A stretch of DNA of 64,000 nt, from positions 62,001-126,000 of the forward strand of contig UYFQ01000685.1 of the NCBI GenBank assembly GCA_900617105.1, given 5' to 3'. Position numbers and translations under genes: made by a program. This stretch comes from Hydrurus foetidus (taxonomy: Eukaryota). This document shows positions 50,091-64,000 of this stretch, one piece after another (the first letter of the stretch is position 1; each line of letters begins with the position of its first letter). A model generated the notes under the pieces. It was not told the origin of the DNA and searched no databases. It saw nothing but the letters and a program-made list of their open reading frames with translations.

Positions 50091-53000
50091 ATGACGACAG
50101 TGTTATCGGTTGCTGAGAAACCGTCAGTCGCAAAGGAACTAGCCCGTATAATTGGTGGTGACAATGTTCAGAGAAGGAATGGATTCTCTCCATACAATCA
50201 CATATTTGAGATTCCAGATTGCGATTTCAAGAACGGTCGCTGCTCGATGAAGATTACCTCAGTAACTGGTCATATGATGGAAGCTGAATTCGTCAGTGCA
50301 TACAAATCTTGGAGCGGCTGCCAGCCTGTTGATCTTTTTAGTGCACCAATCGCGAAGGAAGTCAAACACGAGAGTAAGGACATCGAAAAGACCTTGATAG
50401 CCGAATCTAGAAGATGCAATACATTGCTCCTATGGTTGGATGGTGACTTGGAAGGGGAGAATATTTGCTTTGAAGTCATGCAGGTGTGCCTAAAAGTAAA
50501 TCCTCGAATGGATATCTATCGAGCTCGCTTTTCAGCTCTGATACAGAGGGACATATTCCGAACATTACGTATGCCTGAAAGGCCGAATAAAGTAAGAACA
50601 CTGATAACATGTTTACGCAATCACAAAAGTTTGAGAATCTCGATCTACAGCAGTATTTCAATTCTTTTTACATCTGTCCTTTGATATTTGTCTTTTTATT
50701 AATCTTTGTCGCAGAATATGAGTGATGCTGTCGATGCGAGGCAAGAAATTGATTTAAGAATCGGTGCAGCATTTACAAGATTTCAAACTTTAAGAATACA
50801 GAATAAATTTGATAAGGTTTCTAATCAAGTTATCAGTTATGGGCCCTGCCAGTTCCCAACTCTTGGATTTGTGGTTGAAAGATATCTGAAAATTCAAGCT
50901 TTTGTCCCAAATGATTTTTGGTCGATATCTTGCGAATATGAAGCTCTTGATCCGGATGAACGAAATGGCAAATTGTTCTGCTCTTTTAATTGGGATCGTA
51001 CTAGACTTTTCGATCGATTAGCGTGCACTATTTTATTCGAGAGCTGTGTAGCGGGAGATGGAATAGCGACAGTGACTAGATGTCACTCTAGACCGACTTC
51101 AAGACAGAGGCCTTGTCCTCTTAACACAATTGAATTGCAGAAAAGAGCGTCTAATTTCTTCCGAATGGGTTCTGACAGAACAATGCAAGTTGCAGAAGCT
51201 TTGTATCAGCGAGGAATATTATCCTATCCAAGAACAGAAACAGGTGCGTACTTCTGCAGAACATTCTTTCCTCTGGAGAACATTCTTTCCTAACGCATCC
51301 TAAGAACACTTCCTTTCTACCATTTTTTCGCATTTATGTAAAAGTACTTGCTGTCATTGCACATTATCTGAAACCGTTTAACTGCACTGCAGTATGATTG
51401 TTAGACAGTCTTTTCCGCATTTCTATTATGTCATAACTGGGCTTACATAAATTGTTAATGTAGATCACATTTAAGTGCAAATACATTTTAAGATGACAAA
51501 GATTTGAATGGCAACTTACTTGATCTTAAGTGCAATGTAATGTCACTGGTGTTTTCAAATATTTGTATGTGTGATAAGAATAAGAGGTTCAATCAAATAT
51601 GAAAAAAAGCTTAAACACGAGAAATGAACTTACATCGAAAATACCTTGCACTTCTAAATCTATTCAAATAAGAGGTCAGATGATAATTATCGGTGAGCTA
51701 ACAGGATCATGAAATCGGAACAAAATTGAATACTTTTACTGCATAAGCCTGACCCTGTTTCTGACCCCTTCCCTCATGTACACATTATTAGCACCATTTT
51801 AATCGTATTCAGTGATGCCCATCCGTATTGCCAAGTCATCAACTGAATTCCCATGTATATATACTTTTAGATTTCTTCAAAGAAGGATTCGAACTCCTGC
51901 CTCTTCTGGAAGATCACAAAAATAACTCCGTGTGGGGTGCTTTCACTACCGATCTTTTGGACAAAAATAAGTTCCAATGGCCCCGACCTGGGTCCCATGA
52001 CGATCAAGCACATCCCCCAATACACCCCACACGGGGATTAGAACTTGATGAATTGATCGATGCGGATGAGAAGAAAATATATGAGTTAGTTACCATTCAT
52101 TTCTTAGCGTGTTGTTCCCAGGATGCGAGAGGTGAGAATTGTTCCGCTGTCTTCTCAACTATTCTCCTTTTCATTGACTGATGATTTTTGTTTTTCTTGA
52201 GGTTATTCCGATGTATATTTATTTATGGTGTTCTGCAATTTTTTCATTTTTAATTGGACCTTTTTTCCCTACTACTACCGACCGCTCATTTATCTATTTG
52301 TTTCTAACTTTATTTATTTGCATCTTCGTAGCCTAAATTTTGTCATTTTTTACATTTATTTTTCTATCAGTCATCTACTTTATTTGCTACTTGAAAATTC
52401 ATCGAATGAGTCATCATCCTCGTGAACTTTTATTAATTAACTCATTCTTTTATTAATTCATTCATTTGTTCATTCATTATTTATCGCTACCACATATCTA
52501 CCTATTTTCCATTAAAGGTGATCAGACTACAATCGGTATAGACGTTCCCTTAGGGGGAGAGTCTTTTTCCGCCACTGGACTGATGATTCTGGATAGAGCG
52601 TGGCTGGCAGTGTATGGCAAATATGAGGTATTTAAATAGTGTTACACTTTGAAGAATGTTATACGTATTGTTGTTATATTTCATGCTTTCAAGATCCATG
52701 TAGTTTGATAAGTGTTGCACTTTAATGAAGGTGTATGTCTGTCGTTTTTACACTTCGTATAATTAATGATCTTCATAGTGTAACACTTTATAAAATTGCG
52801 AATGTGTTGTTTTGATGCTTCACACCGTCTGATGTTGACATAGTTTGAGCTATGTAACACTCCATGAAATCACGAATGTGTTCAGAGTGCTACACTTTTA
52901 GCTGGAAATCAGTATCAATTAAAATCAAATATCAAAGATGGCGTCTGATTGCAGATCTAAGATGATGAAGTTCACTATCAGATCTAGTTCAATACATTCG

Positions 53001-56000
53001 CCCAAGCATCTTTCTCGTTTAATATGCAGACAATATTCTCTACATAAATTAGTGCGTGTAATTTTTTGCTTTGCTGTGGTCTCGGTCCAGTATTGAATAT
53101 TAAATTTTGAGTGTATGAAATCAAAGCAGCTCTAAAATGTCATTTCAATCTATCCGGATATCTCCAATCCTTCGACTTCACTGACATCAACATACATCTC
53201 ATCCCATACCACGCACACAAATCTTCACCTCCACACACACACACACACCACATCACACACGCACACACGTATTTTAGAAATGGACAGCGAAGAAGGTTCC
53301 GACATTCCGAGTGGGCGACTCTTTCCCAGTGAAAAAATTGTGGATGTCTGCAGGTGTTACACTTTTAGATGCTCAGAATTATAAATGCTGATCTTGATTG
53401 ATCATGCTTCATGAATTCTACAAGGAGAAGATTGTTACGTACTAAGATAGCATCCGATAAAGTGTTTCAGCGTTATTATCGTATTGAAAAGTATGCTCGG
53501 AAAGCGAATGCTTCATTGTTACGTTCTAAATCAAACGTTCACACTTCGCTTCTTATCTTTTCGTATGGTCATTTCTTTGTTCGCTTTTTATCCACCCATC
53601 TAATTATTACCTTTGTCGTCATCATCACCATCACTCACTATCAGCATTACGGTTGCGAACATAGTTATTATTGTCGTAATCACTGCAATTAGCATCATCA
53701 CCATTTCTATTACTATTGCCATTACCAACTTCATCACCACTATCATCACCATCTTATCCTTCTATCTTGATTATCACCATTGTTGGGATCAGTATCACCC
53801 CATTATCATTATCATCACCACCACTGCCATTACTATTCCTGATATCTCCAATATCACTCTCACCACCGTAATAAATGTCATCAAAATGTCATCTCCACTA
53901 CCACCGCTATCACCATCATCACCACCACCATTAACATCTTCAGCACCATTATCATCACCATCACCATTATCACCATCATTATTGTCACCATCACCGATAT
54001 CAATATTACCAATATCATCACCATTACCATCTTCATCAACATCACCATAACCAGGTCACACCACACCGCCACTACCGATATCCGAATCTGATTTAATCGG
54101 TGAAATGGACAGAAACGGAATCGGCACTGACGCCACCATTGCAGGTCACATAAAAACTATTCAGTCAAGAGAGTACGCATTGAAGAATCAGTCAGGGCAA
54201 TTTGAGCCGACTAAACTTGGATTAGCTTTGGTTGAAGGTGCAGTGAAGTGACGTGTACAGATGGGCTATAATCGCTATTGTGTAACTGATGATTATTAGT
54301 CATGTACTAACGCGATTACTCTGCATGATAACGCCTGTTACCAACAACATAACAACAATTTAATTCTGTATAACAGTGCGGTGCGGTGCAGTGCAGTGCA
54401 GTGCGGTGCGGTGCGGTGTAATGACGTACTATACTATTATCATCATTTTTCTATATTGTTACTGAGAATTGCAGTATAGTAGCAGTAATTGAAAGTCGCA
54501 ACTTATGTGTCGCAACTTATCCTTATCATGTTTTACCACACTTTTTCTTATCTTCATCTGAAAATTACGATTCCTCATCACTCTCTTTATCCTTTTTATT
54601 CTCTTTTTAGAAGTCATTTCTTAATCTTTTGATTTTTTCTCTCCTTACTTCTGTAATTCTCTTTATTTATTCTAATAAGAAGAAAACAGTATTATTAATT
54701 TTGCCATTCCCTTAATTACTTCATATGAATCATTCTCATTTCACATCACTTTTTACACTACCCTTTTCTTTACCTTCTGCTCTACCTCTTACTCTGCCTC
54801 TTCTGTACCTCTTTTTCTACCTTTGAGGATACAATTCAATGGGGTTGAAGTTGAACAAGCCGTATCTCAGAGCTGCAATGGAGGCAGATTGTCAGAAGAT
54901 AGTGAGAGGGCAAGTACAGAGAGATGATGTTGTGTCTGCGTGTCTGACAGAAATGAAGACAAGGTTTCTACAGGCAGAGGCACAAGCAAGCAAATTAGAT
55001 GAGGCTGTTGCAAAGGTAATTTCTCTGTGTGTTGAAGTGTAGTGTGATGTGGTGTGATGTGATGTGATGTAGTATGGTGTGGCGTAGTGTAGTGTAGTGT
55101 GATGTGGTGTGGTGTGATGTGATGTGGTGTGATGTAGTATGGTGTGGCGTAGTGTAGTGTAGTGTGATGTGATGTGGTGTGATGTGATGTGATGTAGTAT
55201 GGTGTGGCGTAGTGTAGTGTAGTGTGATGTGGTGTGATGTGATGTGGTGTGGCGTAGTGTGATTTAGTGTGATGTGATGTGGTGTTTTGTAGTTTTGTAT
55301 TATGTGATTTTTTCTTGTAATGTGTTTTTCTGATCTCTGATATGTCATTGCTACATAGCGTTGCTTTTGTTGCTTTTTATTCTGTAATAGAGAGCTTGTG
55401 ATAGTTAGCTTGCGCATCGAGCGAAACAACTTTTTCTGTACCTCGCCTGTCTATCTTAACTCGCTCTCATTTGGTCTATCTTCTTAAGTGCATGTACGCC
55501 TGTACGCACGAGATCACCTCTCCACTCTTGAATTTAGATTCGATGGATCCATTTTATTCACTTGTTTTGTATAATCTTATCTGTTTTGTTTGTGTTCACT
55601 TTATGTCTTTTTTCATTTGCAAGTATCTTGAATAAGATGGAGCGGTGGCTTCTCAATAATAATAATCTTAGCGACTTAGGTTTCATCACATCAATTGTAT
55701 TCACGCATAGCAATTTTGTATGTCTGAGTGATTTGTTGTTATTTGTTTAATTATTTATTTAATTATTTATTTAATTCTCAATGCCCTCTACACGATGCGA
55801 TCTATTATCAGCATGATGGATTTAGTGTATGTAGTGTCTTCAACTCACATAATGTCGAAATCTGCATGTCTATACAATCAATATCAGCAACTCAATTACA
55901 ACAAATACATTAAAGCAATAACATAATGATTGTATTATTATTTTTATTTGCGTACTTATTCAGTGTCTCATTGAATTATTATTTAGTTTTTCGGAGGGTT

Positions 56001-58757
56001 CGGCACGGGAGATATAGGACGATACAAGATCGTGCAAAACGATTTCACAAAATGCGGTGTATGTACGAGTATCATGGATGTACGTGTTGACGAAAGTGAC
56101 GTACAAGAAAATGCTGTGCGCTTTGCGTATTGTATAAGATGCAAAAAAGGTCACAAACTGCCGAGAGGAGATTTAGTAGCGCATTCTGTCAACTGTGCTA
56201 TCTGCGGATTTCAAGCTGTAACGGTAACGAAACCGGATGGAAAAAGTCACACGATATGTCCTCAGTGTTTCAAGTACGTATTACGACTTACTGCATAATT
56301 ATACCGGAACGGAATAATCCGTTAAATTTAGCCGCATTATGCAGTGATTCACCGGAGACTACTCACTCAGAATAATTATGACACACGTTCAATTTATTTT
56401 GGATTGATCAAAGCGACTGCATAATGATATCGAAATTGATGTATTATACTATTGAAATGATTGCATGATATAAGTGTGACGTCATCAATACGTGATAAAA
56501 CTGTTTTGAAATATTGGCAAAATGTCTGCTCTAGAATTCTTGATTATGCATGTTGCTGCTGACAACTTGACTTGCATTTTTTATCTGTGTTAAAATTCGC
56601 AAATATCACTACCTATTTACAACACTAAAAATGTTCGTATGTACGTATGCTTGTTGATTTGTTTTTCTATCTTTTTATTATCTGTCGGAAGTTCGTGCGA
56701 CATAAATGCCACTATCACTCGTTGCGCTAAAGCCACTCATTCGATCATCATCATCATCTGATTGCGAAATTGAGATCTCCAACTTTACTTCGTTACATTT
56801 TACTTTCTCTACCTTGCTTTGCTCTACTTTGTCTCACATTTCTCACTTCACCTTTCTCACGTCACTTTTCTCACTTAACATTTCTCACTTCACATTTCTC
56901 AGCACTTCTAACTTGCTACATCCCTCTTTTTTACTTTGCGTCAAATTGATCTGCAACATTTATTTTCTACTAACATTTTATTATACAGGAACCCCCCTGG
57001 TCTACCGTATAATTCCGATGCCACTTCAGATTTCCGGTATGTCAATTCTTTTTTACCCTCACATAAAGGCGCATACTAGTGCATTGTTTTCTTCAGTCTT
57101 TCACGTATCATTAATTACACTCCCCTGCAGATGAAGACACATGCAGACACATCTTATTGCTTCACTGGTTCACATACAAACTCTTACACATTTTTTTGAA
57201 CACCTTTAATCACCTACTTTTTCAAACACACATACACAAAACAGATGCTTCAATTGTGCACACGACACCTGTGGCTTAGCTGGTAAAATAATCGGATCCG
57301 ACCTTGAAATTGCCCCCTGCACGGTTCCGACCTGCCAGGCTATAGGGGGTGGACTGAAAATATCCCGTGGGTCGAAAGAACGAGGAGGGTATAAGGTTAG
57401 TTGTGTTCGGAAAGAGTGTCAGAGAGCTGCGTGGTGGCTTCCTTCTTTTTTGAATTCAGGTATAAGGGTATATTAATAAGAGTTAGATTTCATTTTTATT
57501 GAATTCTGATTATTCACCTTTAGACTTGTGTGTTATTCAAATATCATTCATTCATTCATTTATAAATTCGTTCAAGCCGACATAGTCATTTAGACATTTT
57601 ACATTTCGTTCAATATCTATACATGCATTAATATGTACAGACATATCAACATCTTTCCCTCCTCGTATTTACCTTTCTCCTTCATTAATATTTGAAAAAT
57701 TCGTACTTATACACAATCTTACTAACAAATCCCCTCATGAAATCGTATACCTTCTCTCAGTCGTGCCACTCACTGACGTGGAGTGTCAAACGTGTTCACG
57801 CAAACTAGGATATCGAGTTAGGAAATTACAACTCTTCTTCAATCTATCAAAATCCCCAAGGGGCATTCCTCCAGAAGTGATAGCGTGTCCGAGCTGTGAC
57901 AGGATATGGGAAGACATACACATTGCTGCACTTAAATTAGAACCTATGGGCGGCTATGCAGGGGGTAATGGAGGAGGAGGGATGGGAGGGGAGGGAGGGG
58001 AGGGGGAGGAGGGGGAGGTGGACACGGAAGAAACGGTGCATTCTTTACACCTTCAACTTCAATGTCTGCTGTAGCTGCAGGCAGAGGATCAGGAACATTC
58101 CCTGGCAGAGCACCTGTCAGACATCAAGAATATCCACTTCCTAACGATCAGGGGGGGCGGTCAGGGTACCCCATCGAGACCAGTGACTACAGTGCAGCAG
58201 CTACAGGGGTTAATCTACAGAATGGGCCCAGGGCGGGGGGTAGGGGGTCAGGGTCTGGTGGGGCTAAAGCGGGAGGAGGAGGGGGGGGGGGGAGGGTACA
58301 ACACTTCGTCTTCTGATGAGAACGCTCCTGTGTGTGAGTGTGGTGCAAAGACTGTGAGTGTGCTGACAGTCAAGGACGGTCCTAACAAAGGCAGGCACTT
58401 CTATAAGTGTGCCAAGTCGAGGTGACTCAATGCGATGCAATACTATACAGTACAATGCAGTGCACTACACTACACTACACTACACTACACTACACTACAC
58501 TACACTACACTACACTACCCTGTACTATACTACACTACACTGTACTACACTACACTACACTACATTACAGTGCACTTCATTCATTTTCTTGCAGGGAGGA
58601 GCAGTGCAGTTTCTTCCAATGGGCTGATCAAGACAAGGGAGGGGGAGGAGGGTTCGGCGGTAGAGGAGCAGGAGGCGGAGGAAGAGGGGGTGGGAATGAC
58701 TTCATATGCTCGAAGTGTAAGCAACATGGACACTTTGCAAGGCAATGTCCGAACTGA
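50091..58757 (+). CDS. TOP3A: DNA topoisomerase III alpha with C-terminal C4 zinc ribbons, GRF zinc finger and CCHC knuckle (multi-exon)
   Basis: VLSVAEKPSVAK (TOPRIM), ARQEIDLRIGAAFTRFQT, SYGPCQFPTLGF, catalytic LSYPRTET, AHPPIHPT, MDRNGIGTDAT, CECG..VKDGPNKGRHFYKC (GRF), CSKCKQHGHFARQC. Confidence 0.95.
55038..55285. repeat. Intronic compound pentanucleotide repeat (GTGTA/GTGAT/GTGGT) with ~60-bp higher-order period
   Basis: The marker GTAGTATGGTGTGGCGTAGTGTAG recurs at roughly 60-65-bp spacing. Confidence 0.85.
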
Positions 58758-59236
58758 ACAGACCCAAGTTCTATCAGTGTATCTCCACCAGCAGTAGACT
58801 GAATGCTGACAGCACATTGCGGCTGTATAACCAGATTAGAGATGATGGACTCCCATATATATCACTTCTGAAAACTATCCTTCCTGTGAGATGGCACGCG
58901 TTTGCCAAACAAGGTGCCCATGTGCCTTCTTTTCTCTTGCCTCTCCTCTTCTCTTCTTGCCTCAGTGTCCTATCGCAGATTAAGCCATTTTGTCATATTC
59001 ATCTTTCCCCTTTTGCCATCACTCTCCTCCCCTCCCCTGCACTGCACTGCACTGCACTGCACTGAGCTTCACGATACTCCAATTGCAATGCACTCTTTCT
59101 CTTCCTGATCATCAGAGTATCACACTTTATACATGGTAGCGTCTATTTTACATGATCACTTTTTAACGATGTAAATCAACAAGTTGAATTGAACTAAGCA
59201 GATAAAAAGGGATTGGAGAAAATAAAGCTATTGGAA

Positions 59237-59967
59237 TGTAGTGGGACGGGATTCAAAGGCTGAATTCATCATACCCTAAAACTTCAAATCGAACATTGAG
59301 GTCGAGTATATGTAGATGCAAGGGCGAGGGGGTTTAGAAAGGAGACATATATACGGGACAGAGTAAAATGTGGTGGAGATCTCAAGAGTGCTCAAACCTG
59401 TTCTCGTTCTTGGATTCGGACACTTTATTCTGTCCCGGCAATATATCCCCTTACAATTGGGCATCGAGGAGACGGCTTATACTCCTGCCCTCTTCTTTCT
59501 ATGTCCCTTGGTAGACATGTGGGATAATATTCTTTGAATAAAGAAGATGTGGAGGAAAGAGGAATACTCGTACGTCCATTCCCAAGAGCTGAAACTCTTC
59601 TGTTCTGTTCTTTCTCTTTCGTTGCTCCTTTTAGTACTGTGATCCACTCCAACTGTGTAATCAAGGGACGTGTTCAATTGCCGATTGTTTTCAGTACGGT
59701 CCAGATAGTGTGTGTGGATTGTCGTTTATAAGGGTGGGTCCAGATCAAAAGTGGATCAGATTGAACACGTCCCTTGACTTGCTCTCCTTTTGATGTTCCA
59801 CGATTGTGACGTATGAGTGAACTCCTAGCCTTCTCTAGGAAGAAGTTCTCCCATTGATTCAAAGTGCCAGATCTCGTGCATCTCACAGTAGTGTGCATGG
59901 ACGGATCGTAGATGGGATGGTAGTAATGTGCCGATTTGATCATATTGCCGATGGATTTCATCTTACA
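59237..59967. mobile_element. Possible LTR-like / TE-derived segment with two internal inverted repeats, between the convergent 3' ends of TOP3A and XPB
   Basis: Starts TGTAG and ends TTACA; internal inverted repeats 59354-59371/59420-59437 (16/18) and 59661-59678/59760-59777 (18/18); no matching TSD found. Confidence 0.35.
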
Positions 59968-60117
59968 TTATTCATCGTAAAACACGTAATGACGTATGAA
60001 CAGTAATACCGTAGCCTGAGGATCATGTAACACAGCACACTGTAGCATGTAGATGGCAGATAGTTCAGTCAGCAGTCAGTAACACATTACATAATGACCG
60101 TCATTATAACATCTAAT

Positions 60118-63100
60118 TTATTGCCTTGCATCAAATTCCGTGTAAGAGGAACCATCTGCCCCTGAAAGCGCACCCAGTGTCGTGGTAGTCCGTTTCCTCA
60201 CAGCAGGCGCCTGCTCCACATCATCATCCACTTCTCCTTTGGTGCCCTGATCAACTGCTCTGTTCTCAGCGACGTCATAGGTCTCACAAGTGAAGGAAAC
60301 CACTTGACTCAACAAAGTCATTTCTTGCTCTACTGTGCGCAGCAAGGTTGATTCTCTGTCAGCTGTATCGACCAAGTCTTGTTGTACTTTGAAGGTGTAT
60401 CCCTGGTCTACTAGATATTGCTGCCTCTTGGACGAGAAGTACATCTCCCTCGTGTCCGTGCTCACTAGTGTGTAGAAGAACGCGTTGAACCCTCCGGTTG
60501 GATTCGGCTTAGGACGGAGAATACGGCCAAGTCTTTGCGCCTCCTGTCTTCTAGCCCCGAAGTGGCTGCTCACTTGAATGATGACGTTAGCTTCCGGGAG
60601 GTCCAGTGCAGTGTCGCCAACTTGGCTTAAACCGATACAACTCATCTCTGTTTTGGAACGGAACATTGTAAGCAATTTTCGTCTATCTTCTTCTTTTGTC
60701 TCACCGAATATATACGGTACTGCCAGATTGCACGCATCGTCTTTCAAGGCAGTGCAGTACAGAATGAGAGCAGGTACATCATCGCTAAAAATTATTATCT
60801 TATCCCCTCTTTTAGTGTGATATTTCACCAGATATTCACACGCTCTGAACTTTCTTGGATTAAGTGTATACAGCAACCTTTGTGTGCGTGAATTAGCACC
60901 TAGTCCTAGCCGTATATATTCTGCGAAGAACTCCTTAGTCATAGGACACCACACTTCGACACACTGTACGTTCGCAAGATAACCCTGTCGAGTCAAATCA
61001 ATCCAATTCGCTTCGTATAGTTTGGGTCCGACTAGAAAGGAAAGATCTTTGATTTTATTATCCTCCCTGACTAGTGTCGCTGTTAGACCCAGTTTACAGT
61101 GCGCGTTAACGATCTGAAGAACTTTCTGAAACATGTCTGCAGGCGCCACGTGCACCTCATCTAAAATCATCAGTCCCCACTCTCTTTCCCCAACTGCAGC
61201 CATCATAACGGCACCAGCGTCACTCCTCCTACCACCGTGACACAGCATTGCGTATGTTGTAATGACGATGCATGCCTCGCTGGGAGGGGGGAGGGTCTCT
61301 TTGAAACCACTGGTAAACTTTTTGATGCTCTTTTCCTGTTAAAATGTTATTGGTATGACGGTAGTATTTGGTGTTAAGTCGTACATTGAAGCATGAAAGA
61401 CGACATCACTCTATAATAAAGTAACGCGGAGTTGAACACACACGCATTAGTGTATAGTAGTGCATGGAACCAGAACCAGTACAGCGAGGAATGCAATACC
61501 AAAAAGGACACAACACGACAGAAAAACATTCAAGTCTTCAAATCTACTGGAAGAATACACTCAAAGAGGAGGGAAGGTGACGGTCAGGGGGAATAAGACT
61601 ATATCACTGAACTGTCAGTCATCGAAAGGGGGGGGGTATGAGAAATTTAAATCGTTGCAATACAGTGCCATACAACACAGTGAAACCAAAATCAGAAGTG
61701 GAGAATACAGAAGAAAAGAGAGAAGAGGCAACGTATGTCAGAACAGTCCAGTTCAGTGCAGTGCAGTAAATACAGTACATGACAGTGCAATCTTTAATAT
61801 TGTAGTTTGAATTTATACGATATGCTTCAACACAATATAATGCAATGTAACCATATTTATTTTTGATTCTTTCATTCTCATTTATTGTAGCCGACGAATT
61901 GAATTTACAATTTATTCGATTCAATCGAAAAATAAAGTAGTAGATAATTAGATGGATAATCAGATTTTCTCACCGGTAGTGTGGTCCACGTCAAGAACTG
62001 CTCTCTCCACTGATTGACGCTCGAGTTGTTGATGCACATAACGATTGTAGACCGCTTTATCGTAGATGCAGCCGTTACACCCGTCAGTGATTTACCGGCA
62101 CCACACGGTAACACAATTATACCGGATCTAGCACGGCCATTTCCGAACATTTTAGACAGGGATCTTTCTTGATACGGCTAAACATTCCGGATCATATTGT
62201 GTTATTGATAGATAAAGGAAAAATTTAACAGATTAGAGTTATTCATAGTGGAGCTGTAATGCAAGAATAAAGATGAAACAGCTAGTACCAAAACAGAATA
62301 AAATGTCCGGAATGCAACATAAAAACAGGTGAGCACAATTCAAATCACCATTTCCTCGTTGCACTTTATTTCACGGTAATATATTCAAGACAATTAAGTT
62401 CAACCAGTTACATTCTGAAGTATGAAGTCATAAAGTCCAACCAGTTGTATTGAAGAAAGTAGGGTAACTTACTCGGATAGTGGTGGACGGTCTCAGGTCC
62501 ATGGACAGAAGGGGATTCTTGTGGTCATTCCTGAAATCATATTCTTCCAATAACGGATATTTGCAATGTTCTTTTGCATATCTTTTCACTTCCTAAAAAC
62601 AGAAGAACAGAACAGGACAGACGAAGAAAACAATTGAATATATTTGAAATTTAATGCTTCATCTAATTTCAAATTGCTAATAATGTTACACTAATTCATA
62701 CTGTACTTCACCAATAACCTGAACTAAAGTTTGAGCCACCATAAACGAAACGGTTTTCAAGCTGTCCCTTCCGTCCAGATTTCCGATGAGCTCGTCATCA
62801 TCATCTTCATCCATGTCCACATCAAGTTTCGTATAGTCTAAATTCCTCCTATCTTCTTGCAATACTGAAGATTCTAAAAATGCATCTTTTGACCTGTCAT
62901 CGAATACTCTTGCTGCTTGAATGGAAGGATGTTTCAGCAATTCTCTGAGAACATCAGAATATTGAGATTCAACGTAGAAATTGTTATCTTTCAGGACTAA
63001 TTTCGCTTTGCCGAATGTGTAGGTACAATCTCGAATATATTTGACGACCTCGACAGGAATTTGAGTTTTGCACAGAATGTTCAGAACTTTTATGATTGAT

Positions 63101-63546
63101 TCAGTTGACCATGATACTGCCACAGCAGCATACAAACTATCCTCAGTTAGTCGGTAAGATTGGATGAATTCAGGCCGCGCTTCTGGTTCAGCAATATCGA
63201 TCAGAAAATCATATGCTTGAGTATAATATGGCGAAAAAGCTTCAAGGATAATAAGATTATCCTTCGTGACCCAAATAGGCCTCTTCTCATGATCATCCTT
63301 TAATGATAGAATATTGGAATAATCCTGAAAGCCGACAACTCCATCGTTGAGATCATCACCAGCTCTTCTGACTACGGCACCGTTCTTCTTCGTTACTGCG
63401 ACTTTCTTCCTTCCCCTTCCTTTCACTTTCTCCGGTGATAGCTTGTAGTCTTCATCATCCTCATCATCTATATATCTGGTATTGTGGACATAATCTTCGT
63501 CGTCGTCGTCCTTCACTGACGCTTTTCCAGATCTCTTCGGAGGCAT
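60118..63546 (-). CDS. XPB: TFIIH helicase subunit XPB (ERCC3/SSL2), multi-exon
   Basis: [106 protein letters not shown]. Confidence 0.97.
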
Positions 63547-64000
63547 GGCTGGAAAGAAATGCTTTTTCTCTGATTCCGAGAGAATTCCATGCGTAGATCA
63601 AGAGATGATGACTGATGACCAAAGCAACACAGCATCAAACTTCGAGATAATATCTGTTGTACTCGGTACTGTATGCGCGTGCTGCGTGCGTACGTTAATA
63701 TGGTTTATACTTTATACAGTGCCTTTTTTTACGTAGGCAGATATTAAAAATATTTACTTGAAAAAGAGGAAAGCAACACTTTCGCAACATAGGACTGACT
63801 CAGATTGCATAGGATTTAGATGATGCACAAGGTACATGCTACACGGCGATGGGAATTTTTCACTTTCTTCGATTTTGATGCTTGTAATGATTACTTACTG
63901 ATAATGGATAATAGGTAATCGTACGAACATGTTTCATGGAGTTGGATTCAACTTATGGGTCTTTATCTAAAAAGTTAATCGAAAACTTGGAAGGCATCCA

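Overview
Eukaryotic, intron-rich nuclear DNA from a photosynthetic stramenopile (ochrophyte; possibly a chrysophyte, inferred from the chlorophyll a/c antenna gene and microsatellite-filled GT-AG introns). Twelve host genes can be assembled from exons: an MBD9/BAZ-like chromatin protein (partial, minus strand), an FLVCR-like MFS transporter, a GT61/EOGT-like glycosyltransferase, an APP1-like HAD phosphatase, an Lhcr/Lhcz-type antenna protein, ATG9, TMEM115, BUD32/TP53RK, an RIIa-domain guanylate kinase, GAR1, TOP3A and XPB. The most notable region is the divergent intergenic stretch at about 16.8-21.4 kb. It holds two adjacent DNA transposons with the same terminus (TATGGCGTGC...GCACGCCATA), each bounded by its own perfect 5-bp target-site duplication (TSD). 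Element A (17274-19456, TSD CCTAT) carries a decayed IS3EU-like integrase/transposase and a convergent Cys-rich partner ORF. Element B (19516-21381, TSD TCTGC) is a 1.87-kb foldback palindrome with ~780-bp near-identical arms, ending 184 bp upstream of the MFS start codon. The window also contains three ~160-170-bp MITEs, dispersed intronic repeats, an LTR-like double-hairpin segment and a TGACG(T) motif cluster upstream of the LHC gene. Exon boundaries and repeat alignments were read by eye and no database searches were run.
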